DNA of 63,624 nt, filler included. It is 5 parts of 5 records of this genome, joined end to end, with 100 filler letters (N's around TTAATTAATTAA, not from the genome) between each part and the next. Parts side by side here need not be neighbours in the genome. Positions count along the whole stretch, not along the records: positions 1 to 6,511 come from SRR22947725_523; positions 6,612 to 17,625 come from SRR22947725_527; 3 more parts are not named here. One strand, given 5' to 3'. Numbering within the stretch: position 1 is the stretch's first letter; the number at the start of each line of letters is the position of its first letter. Under the pieces are notes generated by a model that saw only the letters and a list, made by a program, of their open reading frames with translations, made no database searches and was not told the origin of the DNA. This document shows positions 1 to 10,280 of this stretch, piece after piece. The translations under genes were made by a program, and so were the position numbers.

Positions 1-1
1 G

Positions 2-739
2 CCATCAGCATTAGCATCTCGTGAAAAAGGACTGGATCTTGTAAATATTGCGCAACCATTCAAATCATCAGGTATGTGGTTAACATGCAGAAAAGATGCA
101 GGTATTTCATCACCTGCGGACTTTGCGAATAAAACTTTAGGAGTTTGGTTCTATGGTAACGAATTTCCATTCTTAAGCTGGATGAGTAAATTAGGATTAA
201 AAACTGATGGTTCTGATGGTGGTGTCACTGTTCTTAAGCAAGGTTTTAATGTGGATCCAATTTTGCAAGGACAAGCAGCATGTGTATCTACAATGTCTTA
301 TAATGAATATTGGCAGGTAATCGATGCGGGTCTTTCTGCTGATGACTTGGTTGTTTTCAAATATGAAGATGAGGGTGTATCAACATTGGAAGATGGGATG
401 TATGTTCTTGGAGAAAACTTAAAAGATGCTGCCTTTAAAGATAAAATGGTGCGATTTGTTAGAGCATCCATGAAAGGCTGGAAGTATGCTGAAAATAATG
501 TAAATGAAGCTGCTGACATAGTTCTAGATAATGATGCATCTGGTGCTCAAACTGAAAAGCATCAGAGACGAATGATGTCTGAAGTAAGTAAATTAACTGC
601 TGGCTCAAATGGTGCTTTGGATTCTATGGATTATGAGCGAACAGTAGAATCTTTATTAAATGGTGGATCAGATCCAGTAATCACAAAAGCTCCTGAAGGT
701 GCTTGGACGTCTGAAATCACTGACATAGCATTAAATTAA
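2..739 (+). CDS. ABC transporter substrate-binding protein, NMT1/THI5-like (probable pyrimidine/nucleobase uptake), 5'-truncated
   Basis: Frame is open from position 2 (PSALASREKGLDLVNIAQPFKSSG) into the listed ORF. GVWFYGNEFPF, QGFNVDP and YNEYWQVIDAG are typical of alphaproteobacterial NMT1-family binding proteins. Confidence 0.75.
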   Translation, partial: PSALASREKGLDLVNIAQPFKSSGMWLTCRKDAGISSPADFANKTLGVWFYGNEFPFLSWMSKLGLKTDGSDGGVTVLKQGFNVDPILQGQAACVSTMSYNEYWQVIDAGLSADDLVVFKYEDEGVSTLEDGMYVLGENLKDAAFKDKMVRFVRASMKGWKYAENNVNEAADIVLDNDASGAQTEKHQRRMMSEVSKLTAGSNGALDSMDYERTVESLLNGGSDPVITKAPEGAWTSEITDIALN

Positions 740-749
740 AATAAAAAAA

Positions 750-777
750 ATGGAAAGTAGGGAAACTTACTTTCCAT
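750..777. terminator. Intrinsic terminator-like hairpin
   Basis: ATGGAAAGTAGG-GAAA-CTTACTTTCCAT: 12-bp stem (one G-U pair) with a GAAA tetraloop, 10 nt after the stop codon and preceded by an A-tract. Confidence 0.75.
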
Positions 778-954
778 ATAATATTGATAAAATTTCAAAA
801 CCCATAGATTTATTATTTTTCAAAAACGTCTTTAAGTTAAACTTAATAGATTGTTGTGTTAGCATTATCTATATAAGATTTATTTATTATAGTGGTTAGA
901 AGCAAATTAATTACTTTTAATTTAATCTATATTTTAGGTAAGAAAGTTTAATAA

Positions 955-2352
955 ATGTCTATTTTCCTAGAAAACTTTTACATTATTGGATTTGTCTTTT
1001 TGGGAGCATTGATTTTATTTTCTAACAGAAAAAAAACTGTACCATTAAATTCTGATTTAAATGTTTATGACGAAAAAATTAAACACTTAGAGGTTGAAAT
1101 TAGAACTTCTGTAACTGATGCATCAAAATTTAAAGCTTTAGCTGAAGAGCGAAAAGCAGAAGTAGATAGATTAAATCAAGATCTTTCAAAGTTACGCAAT
1201 AAGTTAGATTTTGAAAATGAAGAAAAAACTAACTTATCTAATAAAGTTTCAGAATTAATTGCGCAAAGTCATGCTGAGCGAAAATCATCTGAAGAAAAAA
1301 TTCAAATTCTTACTCAATTTCGAAAAGACATGGAAACCAAATTTAAAGAATTGGCTTCTGAAGCTCTTCAAATACAAGGCGAGAATTTTTCTAAGTCTAA
1401 TATTGAAAAATTAGAAGCTACATTACTTCCTCTAAAAGAACATGTAGGACATTTTGAAAAAGAATTACGTCAAGTTCATGAAGAGACTGTAAAAGATAGA
1501 GAGCGATTAAAAGCAGAAATAAATCAATTATCAAAGAAATCTGATCAAATATCACAAAATGCATCGGAATTATCAAAGGCACTAAAGGGTGATAGTCAAA
1601 TGCAAGGTGCTTGGGGTGAGATGATATTAGAAAGCATTCTTGAAAAATCTGGATTAAGAGTTGGTGAAGAATACGAAGTTCAAGCGCATAGGAAAAATCA
1701 AGATGGAGAGCGATTGAGGCCAGATGTTGTGGTTAACCTGCCTGGTGGTAAAACTTTAGTAATTGATAGCAAAGTTTCTTTAGCTGCATATACTGATGCA
1801 GTAAATTCTGAAAATGAAATTGATACGATTGAAGCTCAAAAAAGACATATTGTTTCAATTAGAAGTCATATCAATGGCCTTTCTGCTAAAGGTTATCAAT
1901 TTGCGGAAAATTCATCTGTAGATTATGTAATCCTTTTTATTCCAATTGAGGGTGCTCTTTCAGAGGCATTGCGAATGGATGGTAGAATAACTGAATATGC
2001 CATGGAAAAAAATATCACTATAGCAACTCCCACAACTTTAATGATGGCATTAAAAACAATTTCTAATGTTTGGGATGTCGAACGTAGAAATAAAAATGCA
2101 GAATTAATAGCTGATAGGGCGGGGAAACTTTATGATAAAGTCAGTGGATTTATTCTTAACATGGAAAAAGTTGGGGAGAGGTTAACTCAAGCTCAGGATT
2201 CTTATGAAGTAGCATTTAATCAATTTTCAAAAGGGCGTGGTAATGTACTTGCGCAAGTTGAAAGTCTGAAAACACTTGGAGCAAAAACTACAAAATCTAT
2301 AAACACAGAATTTGATAAGTCTGAAGAAATAGAGAAGCCTGAAGAACTTTAA
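955..2352 (+). CDS. rmuC: DNA recombination protein RmuC
   Basis: N-terminal TM helix, long coiled coil, QGAWGEMILESILEKSGL, RPDVVVNLPGGK.LVIDSKVSL (PD-D/ExK), VDYVILFIPIE, ATPTTLM. Confidence 0.93.
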   Translation: MSIFLENFYIIGFVFLGALILFSNRKKTVPLNSDLNVYDEKIKHLEVEIRTSVTDASKFKALAEERKAEVDRLNQDLSKLRNKLDFENEEKTNLSNKVSELIAQSHAERKSSEEKIQILTQFRKDMETKFKELASEALQIQGENFSKSNIEKLEATLLPLKEHVGHFEKELRQVHEETVKDRERLKAEINQLSKKSDQISQNASELSKALKGDSQMQGAWGEMILESILEKSGLRVGEEYEVQAHRKNQDGERLRPDVVVNLPGGKTLVIDSKVSLAAYTDAVNSENEIDTIEAQKRHIVSIRSHINGLSAKGYQFAENSSVDYVILFIPIEGALSEALRMDGRITEYAMEKNITIATPTTLMMALKTISNVWDVERRNKNAELIADRAGKLYDKVSGFILNMEKVGERLTQAQDSYEVAFNQFSKGRGNVLAQVESLKTLGAKTTKSINTEFDKSEEIEKPEEL

Positions 2353-2391
2353 ATAAAAAATTAAATAATACTTAATAAACTTGGAAATATA

Positions 2392-3030
2392 ATGATAGAT
2401 TTATATACATGGACAACCCCAAATGGGCGTAAAATATCAATTCTACTTGAAGAACTTGGAGTGCCATATGAAATCCATTCTATAGATTTGTCAAAAGATG
2501 AACAGTTTACTCCTGAATTTACTAAAATTTCACCAAATAATAAAATACCTGCCATAGTAGATAGAGAAACAGGAGTACAAATGATGGAAACAGGCGCCAT
2601 CATGATTTATCTGTCAAATAAATATGGCCAATTTCAATGTGAAGGAAAAGAATATTGGCGGATGATAGAATGGCTTATGTGGCAAATGGGTGGCTTTGGT
2701 CCAATGTTAGGACAAGTTCACCATTTTGTTAAATATAATAAAGGTAAATCTAAGTATAGTGAACAACGGTATTATGACGAAGCGCATCGACTTTATACTG
2801 TTCTAAATAAACAGTTAGAAGGTCGCGATTATATTGCTGGAAATAACAAAGGATCTTACTCTATTGCTGACATGGCCTGTTGGCCATGGGTATCAAGGTT
2901 TGAATGGCAAGAAATTAATCTTAATTTATATCCAAATGTTAAAAAATGGTATATTAAGATTTCAAAAAGGCCTGCTGTAATAAAGGGCTATTCAATTCCT
3001 AAGTTTGTAACCGAAATACCAACAGCATAG
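2392..3030 (+). CDS. Glutathione S-transferase, YfcG/Ure2p-like
   Basis: MIDLYTWTTPNGRK, ISPNNKIPAIVD, WLMWQMGGFGPMLGQ, SIADMACWPW. Confidence 0.9.
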   Translation: MIDLYTWTTPNGRKISILLEELGVPYEIHSIDLSKDEQFTPEFTKISPNNKIPAIVDRETGVQMMETGAIMIYLSNKYGQFQCEGKEYWRMIEWLMWQMGGFGPMLGQVHHFVKYNKGKSKYSEQRYYDEAHRLYTVLNKQLEGRDYIAGNNKGSYSIADMACWPWVSRFEWQEINLNLYPNVKKWYIKISKRPAVIKGYSIPKFVTEIPTA

Positions 3031-3058
3031 ATATGGTACTACAAAACCGAAAGTTAAT

Positions 3059-3382
3059 ATGATTATTTATGGCCTTGAGACATGTACGCTCTGCCAACGA
3101 GCGAAGAAAACATTAGAGGATAATGGAATTAGTGTTTTTTTACGTGATATTAGGGCAGAGCCTCTTCTTGAAACAGAATTAATTGAACTTATTAATGAGT
3201 TTGGTGATAGATTGGTTGACCGAAAATCTAATGACTATCGTTCTTTAAGTTTATGGCTGAGAAATTCTGAAGTAGATGTGCAAATATCTTCACAACCTAA
3301 AGTTATGCATAGACCAGTTATCAAGAATAAAAATAAATTTTATCTTGGATGGGATGATGCTATTAAAAATAAATTAATATAA
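3059..3382 (+). CDS. ArsC/Spx/YffB-family thioredoxin-fold protein
   Basis: IYGLETCTLCQRAKK (CxxC), PKVMHRPVI, LGW. Confidence 0.8.
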   Translation: MIIYGLETCTLCQRAKKTLEDNGISVFLRDIRAEPLLETELIELINEFGDRLVDRKSNDYRSLSLWLRNSEVDVQISSQPKVMHRPVIKNKNKFYLGWDDAIKNKLI

Positions 3383-3395
3383 TTAAAATTGCAAT

Positions 3396-4394
3396 CTATT
3401 GGATAATAGCTCTTTCCCATTCTTTTATAAAAGTTTGTCTTTTTAGCTTATCTAAATAGGTCATTAATGCAGGTTCAAGTATTATAGTTTGCTGACCTGG
3501 CTTTAAGATCAAAGGTGGAAGAGAATGTGTTTGATCTGTTTTTTGTGAAGTCTGATTATTTAAAAGGTGTTGCATAAATTTTTCAGAAACTTTTAAATTA
3601 GTGGTAGAGTTAGATACCATCGCGGTTCGCATCATATTTGTTGGGAAGTCTGCTGGGAGTATTATTTCAATTTCATTGGATTGCTTTTTTCGTGCTTCTG
3701 CATAACTTCCTAGTACATTGTACGCTACTACTATTTTCCCGCTAACTAGATCATCAATCATATCTCCTGAACAACAATATAATTTTGTTCCTAGCCCACC
3801 CATTACTTCCATTAATCTCCAAAAAGTTTCTGATGTGCGTGCATCTTGGGTGGCGAATAAATATCCAAGGCCAGACTTTCTTACATCATAAGTACCAATT
3901 CTATCTTTAAAAAAAGTTGGTCTAGATCGAAGCTCTTTTATCAAATCTTGACGTGTTGTAGGTATTTCACGGTTTTCAAAAGCTTTTTTATTTAATACAA
4001 TCGCCGCAGGTTCAATCGTAAACGCAAATAAACTTTGTCTCCATTTGGCCCAGCTTGGGTGAGTTAACTGATTGATTTTTTTTGCAAATCCATCGTTTAC
4101 TAATTTAAGCTGTAGATCCATGGCGCTAGAAATTATTAAGTCATACTTTTTTGGAGATTTCCTAAAAATTTTATCTAGTGAGGCTGTACCAGTAACAAAA
4201 TATTCAATTTTGATATCTTTATTATTTTTTATGAAGCTTTTTATTATAGACTCAAAAAATATGGTATCAGTACTAGATAAAATACGTAATGTTTTAGTTT
4301 CAGTGCCTATTGAAAAAACTTTTTCATCTTCCCATTCCGCTGCAGTCAAAGCCTTTGTAAAAAGCATAAATATTAGAACGATAAAATTGCGCAT
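3396..4394 (-). CDS. Extracellular solute-binding protein coupled to the sensor kinase
   Basis: Signal peptide; LRILSSTD, DLIISSAMDLQLKLVNDG, SGLGYLFATQD, AYNVLGSYA. Overlaps the kinase 3' end. Confidence 0.75.
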   Translation of the reverse strand: MRNFIVLIFMLFTKALTAAEWEDEKVFSIGTETKTLRILSSTDTIFFESIIKSFIKNNKDIKIEYFVTGTASLDKIFRKSPKKYDLIISSAMDLQLKLVNDGFAKKINQLTHPSWAKWRQSLFAFTIEPAAIVLNKKAFENREIPTTRQDLIKELRSRPTFFKDRIGTYDVRKSGLGYLFATQDARTSETFWRLMEVMGGLGTKLYCCSGDMIDDLVSGKIVVAYNVLGSYAEARKKQSNEIEIILPADFPTNMMRTAMVSNSTTNLKVSEKFMQHLLNNQTSQKTDQTHSLPPLILKPGQQTIILEPALMTYLDKLKRQTFIKEWERAIIQ

Positions 4395-5746
4395 GCACCA
4401 CCTATTTCGTGATTTGAAAGTTTTAGTTTGCCATTATGAGCATTAACTACATCTTGAACTATTGTTAGTCCAAGGCCAGAACCTACAATTCCGTTTGAAT
4501 TTTTACCTCTTGTAAAGCGTAATGTAAGCTTATCCAATTCCTCAGGAGGGAACCCTGGGCCTTGATCTTGAATTTCTAGACAAGATCCAGAGTTCGCACC
4601 CAAAGTAATAGTAATCATGCCATCATGAGGTGAGTACTTTAATGCATTATCAATTAAATTACGTATGGCATTTTGTATCAAAACAAAATCACCATTAATT
4701 TCAACAGAACTAATCTGGATAAACTTTAATTCAATATCTTTCATATTTGCTATTGGTTCAAAATTTATAATTAAGTTTTGTACTAAAGTGTTTAAATTAA
4801 TTAATTCTTTTTGAAGTTTATCAGACCTAAAGGTTATCATAGCATGGTCTAGAAGTTGACTTGCTGCTCTCGATGCCTCGTCAATTGCTCTTACCATAGA
4901 TCTTAACGCATCGCGATTTTCTTTTTTGCTCACACGTTGAAGAGTGGCGTCTGCATACGAACGAACTGTTGCTAAAGGGGTTCTAACTCTATGCGCTGCT
5001 TCTGCTATAAAGTCTTCTGACTGTTTAAGTGATAAATCAAGCCTATTCATAAGTTTATTAAGTGAAGTAACTAATGGAAACATCTCTGAAGGAACTTCTT
5101 TTTCAAATGGTCTAAGGTCTTGGGGACCACGTTTTGTGACTGACGATGCTAATCTCATAAGAGGACTAATTGTTGTTGCTGTAGCCCAATAAGATAAGAA
5201 TGTTACTAATATAAAAAAACCAGAGCCAAATAGTGCAACATTTTTTGATATGGTATTTAATGTTCTAGATAAGGCATCTTGTGTTTGTGCAATAGAAACA
5301 GATATTATAATTCGCTCTTTTTCACCAATTAATATTCTATTTGCGCTGGCTACTCTTGCGGTCGTATTTTTATATTTAATTGTTCGAAAAGTGCTTATTT
5401 CTGAATTAATTTTAGATGATATGGGTAGATCTTCATATCCTGAAATAAGAATGCCATCGCTATGTATTGAATAGAAAACACGATCATCGAGCTTTGTATC
5501 TAACATTGATAACGATGCATATGGAAAATCCACCTCAACTGTCCCGTCGTGAATAACTGCAGCATCTAATATTGAAGAAAGTGATGCTTCTAATATATCA
5601 TCTTGTCCATTTTGTGCTATTTGAGCTGCATAACCGCGAACAATAAAAAACAATATAATACCAAGAATGGCTGCGCCAGTTATTAAAGTTACCATAAGTC
5701 TATTCTGAAGTGATCCAGATACTTGTATTTTATCAGTCATCATCAA
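4373..5746 (-). CDS. tctE: Sensor histidine kinase, TctE-like
   Basis: Two TM helices, periplasmic DRVFYSI...GYEDLP (2CSK_N-type), HAMP domain, H-box FIAEAAHRVRTPL, NLIDNALKY, DQGPG, GSGLGL. Confidence 0.78.
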   Translation of the reverse strand: MMMTDKIQVSGSLQNRLMVTLITGAAILGIILFFIVRGYAAQIAQNGQDDILEASLSSILDAAVIHDGTVEVDFPYASLSMLDTKLDDRVFYSIHSDGILISGYEDLPISSKINSEISTFRTIKYKNTTARVASANRILIGEKERIIISVSIAQTQDALSRTLNTISKNVALFGSGFFILVTFLSYWATATTISPLMRLASSVTKRGPQDLRPFEKEVPSEMFPLVTSLNKLMNRLDLSLKQSEDFIAEAAHRVRTPLATVRSYADATLQRVSKKENRDALRSMVRAIDEASRAASQLLDHAMITFRSDKLQKELINLNTLVQNLIINFEPIANMKDIELKFIQISSVEINGDFVLIQNAIRNLIDNALKYSPHDGMITITLGANSGSCLEIQDQGPGFPPEELDKLTLRFTRGKNSNGIVGSGLGLTIVQDVVNAHNGKLKLSNHEIGGACAILSF

Positions 5747-6398
5747 GCCTATACCCTAGTCCTCTATGGGTACTTATTTTTAATGATGTTTTTTCCAGAT
5801 GTTTTCGAAGCCTTCCTATGTATACCTCGATAGCGTTATCTGAAACATCTTCATCAAAAGCGAAAAGGCGATCTACAAGTTTCTGTTTTGAAAAAATTTG
5901 ACCACGGGCATTTAATAGCAATTCAAATAATCTTAATTCTCTATTTCTCAGATTAATCATTTTTCCTTTGATGGAAAGTTGCCCTGCTAAAGGATTAAAT
6001 GACACGTCCCCAAATTTGAGTATTGGTTGAGTTGTTCCAGATTTTCGCCTCAAAACTGCTCTACATCTTGCGTCTAATTCAGCATGATCAAATGGTTTCG
6101 TCACATAATCATCAGCACCTAAATCTAGAATATTGATTCTATCAGAGACTTGAGAACGAGCAGTCAAAACTATAACAGGAGTGTCTTTTTTTCTGTTCCT
6201 ATGATGCTTAAGAAAGCTTCGACCATCACCATCTGGAAGCATTATATCAAGTAAAATTAAATCGTATTCGCCAGTATCAGAGTAGGCTATCGCATCTTCT
6301 AATTTATCTGCATGATCAATAACATGCCCATCTAACTTAATGCGAGAACATATCGCATTTGCTAGCTCATGATTATCTTCAACCAATAGATATTTCAT
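5733..6398 (-). CDS. tctD: OmpR/PhoB-family response regulator, TctD-like
   Basis: LLVEDN, LDIMLPDGDG, GADDYVTKPF, C-terminal NAIEVYIGRLRKHL...HRGLGY. Confidence 0.8.
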   Translation of the reverse strand: MKYLLVEDNHELANAICSRIKLDGHVIDHADKLEDAIAYSDTGEYDLILLDIMLPDGDGRSFLKHHRNRKKDTPVIVLTARSQVSDRINILDLGADDYVTKPFDHAELDARCRAVLRRKSGTTQPILKFGDVSFNPLAGQLSIKGKMINLRNRELRLFELLLNARGQIFSKQKLVDRLFAFDEDVSDNAIEVYIGRLRKHLEKTSLKISTHRGLGYRLDDD

Positions 6399-6421
6399 TT
6401 TTGAACAGACGTTTATTTTAT

Positions 6422-6443
6422 ATGACAGGTTAATGACAGGTTA
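6422..6443. promoter_or_regulatory. Perfect 11-bp tandem direct repeat (ATGACAGGTTA x2), putative TctD binding site
   Basis: Lies between tctD and a divergent gene. An 11-bp period is typical of OmpR/PhoB-family operators. Confidence 0.65.
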
Positions 6444-6491
6444 AAATGTTTAGTTCTACAAGTTGGCCTGTTTATAGGTCACTTGTCAAAT

Positions 6492-6511
6492 GGGAGGATA
6501 ACATAATGACA
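6492..6511 (+). promoter_or_regulatory. Shine-Dalgarno GGGAGGA and ATG (6506) of a divergent gene cut by the contig end (by context possibly tctC)
   Basis: GGGAGGA-N7-ATG ACA, then the N spacer. Confidence 0.55.
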
Positions 6512-6611
6512 NNNNNNNNNNNNNNNNNNNNNNNNNNNNNNNNNNNNNNNNNNNNTTAATTAATTAANNNNNNNNNNNNNNNNNNNNNNNNNNNNNNNNN
6601 NNNNNNNNNNN
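6512..6611. other. Artificial contig spacer
   Basis: 44 N + TTAATTAATTAA (stops in all six frames) + 44 N. Confidence 0.98.
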
Positions 6612-7762
6612 ATGAAATCTGAAAGTCTTTGTGAAAATTCACCGTAGTTATAAATTAATAAATCAAAATTTTTTTCATCTAAATTTTGATTAAGGTTAAT
6701 TAGTTTTTTACCATTAAAATTTATTTCATGCTTTGAAATTTTATCATCCATGAAATAGAAAGTATTGACAGTTAATTGATCTATCAACTCTAAAATTGGA
6801 CTGCCACGTAAGTCATCTGTACCCTCTTTAAATGTTATGCCTGCAATTAAAATATTATTTAAAGATGATTGATTTATTTGATTTGCAATTCTGGAAATCA
6901 GTAATTTATTAGATTCAATAATCGAAGGTAAAAGCCTTACATTAATTGATGAATCTTTAGCAAGATTTATTAATCCATTTGTATCTTTTGGTAAACAAGA
7001 TCCACCGAATGAAAAACCTGGATTGAAATATTTATCAGAAATATTTAACTGGGTATCAGATTTAAATATTGACATTAATTCTTTGGAAGATATTTCATTA
7101 GCATTACAAATTTGACCAATTTCATTTGCAAAGACAATTTTTAATGCATGAAATGAATTATTAACAAATTTTATCATTTCCGCATTTTCAGGTTTTGTAA
7201 TTATTTTTTCTGATTCGAATTCATTGTATAATTCTAAACATTTATCAATAGCATTTTGATCTTCTGAGCCAATAACAGTTATATGTGCATTAAAAAAATC
7301 ACTAACCGCATTACCCTCTCTTAAAAATTCGGGATTAGATGTAAAAGAAATATTTTGTTCTGCATATTTTTTTGATAGCTTTTTGATAGTATGCGGTGGT
7401 ATTGTAGATCGTATTACAACATTTAATCTCTTACTATCTCTCTTTTTATTTGCGATATCTTCTACTGCAGCAAAAAGATTGGAAAGATTTAAAATATTAC
7501 AATCATCATATGGAGTATCTACGCATACAAACACGAGATCTGAATTATATAGATTATTATCAATTCCTGTTGAAAAATTAAGATTTTTACTTGATTGAAA
7601 TAAACTATCAAGTTGATTTTCATCAATATATAATTCTTTATCTTTTAAAGAGTCAATTTTTTTTGCATCTTTATCATAGCCATAAATAGTATGATTTCTT
7701 GAGCCTAAACATATTGAAGAAACTAACCCAACATAACCCAAACCTATAAAAGACAATTTCAT
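6612..7762 (-). CDS. UDP-glucose/GDP-mannose dehydrogenase family (AlgD-like), 3'-truncated
   Basis: GLGYVG, VCVDTP, NPEFLREG, KFVNNSFHALKIVFANE, catalytic PGFSFGGSCLPKD, GITFKEGTDDLRGSP. Confidence 0.88.
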
Positions 7763-7765
7763 ATT

Positions 7766-8743
7766 TTATTTTTCCTTATAAAAATTATACGTTAAAAGTT
7801 TATTTTTAATCATTAATGATATTAAAAATAATAAAGTTTTTTTAGAATTATTTAGTGTAATTAATAAAAATAAATATCTAATTAAAAATCCAGTAAAGTA
7901 AGTAACATATGCAAAATAAAAAATTGTCATTGATTTGTAAAACTTAAAAAAAATTAAATTACTCTGAAATTTAATACCAAATCTTTTAATATTAATTTCA
8001 GTAGTTGCTCCCCCTAAGCTTTGTCCGCCAATATGAACAACATTTATATTTTTTTCGTAAAATGTTTTAAAGCCATTTTTTTTTGCTCTAAATGAAAAAA
8101 CTTGTTCTTCTCCAATGAATTTTATTCTATTATCAAAACCTCCAGACTGTTTAAAAACATTTTTCTTAAAAATCATAAAAGCACCTTTCACAGATTGCAC
8201 TGATTTTGATTCGTGGTGTGTATCAAATCTTCCAACTGAAATAATACCAGAGAAAAAGCTAAAAATATCTTGTACAACTTTATTTTGACTATTTAATAAT
8301 TTGGGAAAAATAATTTGTAAGAAATCTTTTAGAATTGAAGGATAATTAGTTATTGATTGCTGTAATGTGAAATCTGGGTTAAGTAACTTTGGACCAACGA
8401 TTCCAATCTCTTGATTGGTTTCAAATGTATCAAAAATCTTGCTTAAGCTTTTATCAATAAAATAAATATCATCATTTGATGCTATCATATATTCATTTTT
8501 ACATATTTTTAATCCTTCATTTAAAGCTGCACCGTATCCAATATTGTCTAGTTTTAAAATTTTTGCTATTGGAAATTTATTTTTAATGATATTCAACGTC
8601 TTGTCTTGAGAATTATTATCTGCTATAATAATATCATCAATTATATCTTTGTTATATTTTAAAATTGACGATAAACACTTTTCGATATATTTCTCAGAAT
8701 TATAAGTAATAATTACAATTGAGATTTTTCTATTTGAATGCAC
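7766..8743 (-). CDS. Glycosyltransferase family 2
   Basis: ISIVIITYNS, ADNNSQD, NIGYGAALNEG, GAFMIF, HIGGQS. Likely GTG start at 8743; the ORF-track start at 8815 lies deep inside rmlC. Confidence 0.85.
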   Translation of the reverse strand: MHSNRKISIVIITYNSEKYIEKCLSSILKYNKDIIDDIIIADNNSQDKTLNIIKNKFPIAKILKLDNIGYGAALNEGLKICKNEYMIASNDDIYFIDKSLSKIFDTFETNQEIGIVGPKLLNPDFTLQQSITNYPSILKDFLQIIFPKLLNSQNKVVQDIFSFFSGIISVGRFDTHHESKSVQSVKGAFMIFKKNVFKQSGGFDNRIKFIGEEQVFSFRAKKNGFKTFYEKNINVVHIGGQSLGGATTEINIKRFGIKFQSNLIFFKFYKSMTIFYFAYVTYFTGFLIRYLFLLITLNNSKKTLLFLISLMIKNKLLTYNFYKEK

Positions 8744-9293
8744 TCGACTCTTCTTTCTTGTTCCAATCTTTAAAAGAAATTGCATTAAGATCTTTGGCAG
8801 AAAGAATTGCTTCATCTTGGCTTATTGGCCAATCTATATTTAAATGCCTATCAAAAGGATTAATACCTGATTCTGCATTGGGATTATATGTTGCAGTGCA
8901 TTTATACTGAACTTCTGCAATATCTGAGCAAGTACAAAAACCGGTGGCAAACCCAAATGGTGCCCATAGTTGTTTTTTAGAATCTTCAGATAATAATAAG
9001 CTATAAGCTTGACCAAAAGTTTTTGATTTTTTTCTTATGTCTGCCGCCACTACAAATGCTTCTCCTCTAGTAACTCTAATTAGTTTGCTCAAAGGTTTGT
9101 CCCACTGAAAGTGTAGCCCTCTAATAACATTTTTTGAAGATTGTGAATGATTATCTTGAACAAAGATTTCATCTATCCCTAGCTTTTTGAAATGTTCTAG
9201 TCTAAAGCTTTCCATAAAAAAACCTCTACTATCCATAAAAACATTAGGAGATATTACTAACAGATCATCTATACTTGTATTGACTGCTTTCAT
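8730..9293 (-). CDS. rmlC: dTDP-4-dehydrorhamnose 3,5-epimerase
   Basis: DSRGFFMESF, FVQDNHSQS, IRGLHFQ, DIRKKSKTFG, LSAKD. Confidence 0.9.
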   Translation of the reverse strand: MKAVNTSIDDLLVISPNVFMDSRGFFMESFRLEHFKKLGIDEIFVQDNHSQSSKNVIRGLHFQWDKPLSKLIRVTRGEAFVVAADIRKKSKTFGQAYSLLLSEDSKKQLWAPFGFATGFCTCSDIAEVQYKCTATYNPNAESGINPFDRHLNIDWPISQDEAILSAKDLNAISFKDWNKKEESSAFK

Positions 9294-10267
9294 TTAATTG
9301 TTCTTAGGAGCGTTATTGGAGTAGGAGAAAACTTCCCCATTGTTACAACTTCAAAATTCTTAATATCACTCTTCGTTGCTATTTCTTTAATTTGTCTTGC
9401 GCTTGTTGGAGAATCATATTTTGGACTTAATGCGTCAAAAGTATCATGAATTGCATATTCAATTATAAATTGATTATCTTTATTATCAAATTTGTCAATG
9501 AAACGATAATTTCGAATAGGTATAGTGAACTGAGATATTTTAAATAATATTTTTCCAAGAAAGTTGGGAGGTATCTTTCTTAAAAAACATGTAAAATAAA
9601 ATAGTGGTGGTGTAAACAGTTCTACTAATTTATATAAAAATTTATCATTCATATTCTTAGTTAATGGTCTTAAGAAATATTTCCAACTGCACATTTGGGG
9701 CAAAGTTTTTGCATAAGAATGTACAAAAATCATTCCATTATTTTTTTTAAAAGAAAGGATGTGTTGAAGAACTTTTTTAGGGGATGGTGTATGTTGAAGC
9801 ACTCTATGGCACCATACAATATCAAACATTTTTTTTGAAAAAGGTAGGTCACTAATATCAGCTTGAATGATTAATAAATTATCATTGTATCCTAAATTTT
9901 TCTGCGCAATATCCAAACCTGCTATATCAACAGCTATCACTTTTGCTCCTAGCTTTAAAAGTATCTCTGTATCTGGTCCTGCCCCGCAACCACACTCCAA
10001 AATTATTTTATCTTTGAAATCGGCTTCCTTCCATTGGGTTCTTTCTAAAATCGTATTTAATCTATCGGAGGTATTATTCTTTGAATCAAATTGTAATTCT
10101 GAAAATTTCTCTCTCAATCTTGAAAAATTTCCTGTAGAATATGATATATTTGGACTAAATCTTGGTATAGAATTTTGAATCGGTATTTTTTTATTATTGA
10201 TAGTAATTTCGTTATCAGTCACATCGGCATTTGGAAATATTTCCTTTAGTAATTTAATATTAATCAT
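9290..10267 (-). CDS. Class I SAM-dependent methyltransferase
   Basis: ILECGCGAGP, IQADISDLPF, VLQHTPSP, DTFDALSPKY. SD AAGGA upstream. Confidence 0.82.
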   Translation of the reverse strand: MINIKLLKEIFPNADVTDNEITINNKKIPIQNSIPRFSPNISYSTGNFSRLREKFSELQFDSKNNTSDRLNTILERTQWKEADFKDKIILECGCGAGPDTEILLKLGAKVIAVDIAGLDIAQKNLGYNDNLLIIQADISDLPFSKKMFDIVWCHRVLQHTPSPKKVLQHILSFKKNNGMIFVHSYAKTLPQMCSWKYFLRPLTKNMNDKFLYKLVELFTPPLFYFTCFLRKIPPNFLGKILFKISQFTIPIRNYRFIDKFDNKDNQFIIEYAIHDTFDALSPKYDSPTSARQIKEIATKSDIKNFEVVTMGKFSPTPITLLRTIK

Positions 10268-10280
10268 GGTTAATCCTTTT

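Noticed and set aside
955-2352. RmuC (PD-D/ExK nuclease fold) as a defence or mobile element marker
   Set aside because: A widespread chromosomal gene among housekeeping neighbours, with no methylase, integrase or repeats.
6556-6567. TTAATTAATTAA palindrome recurring four times, as a possible biological repeat
   Set aside because: Always centred in 44+44 N. It is a six-frame-stop linker added during concatenation.
8744-8815. Long GT2/rmlC overlap
   Set aside because: A GTG start at 8743, just before the conserved ISIVII strand, reduces it to an ordinary short overlap.
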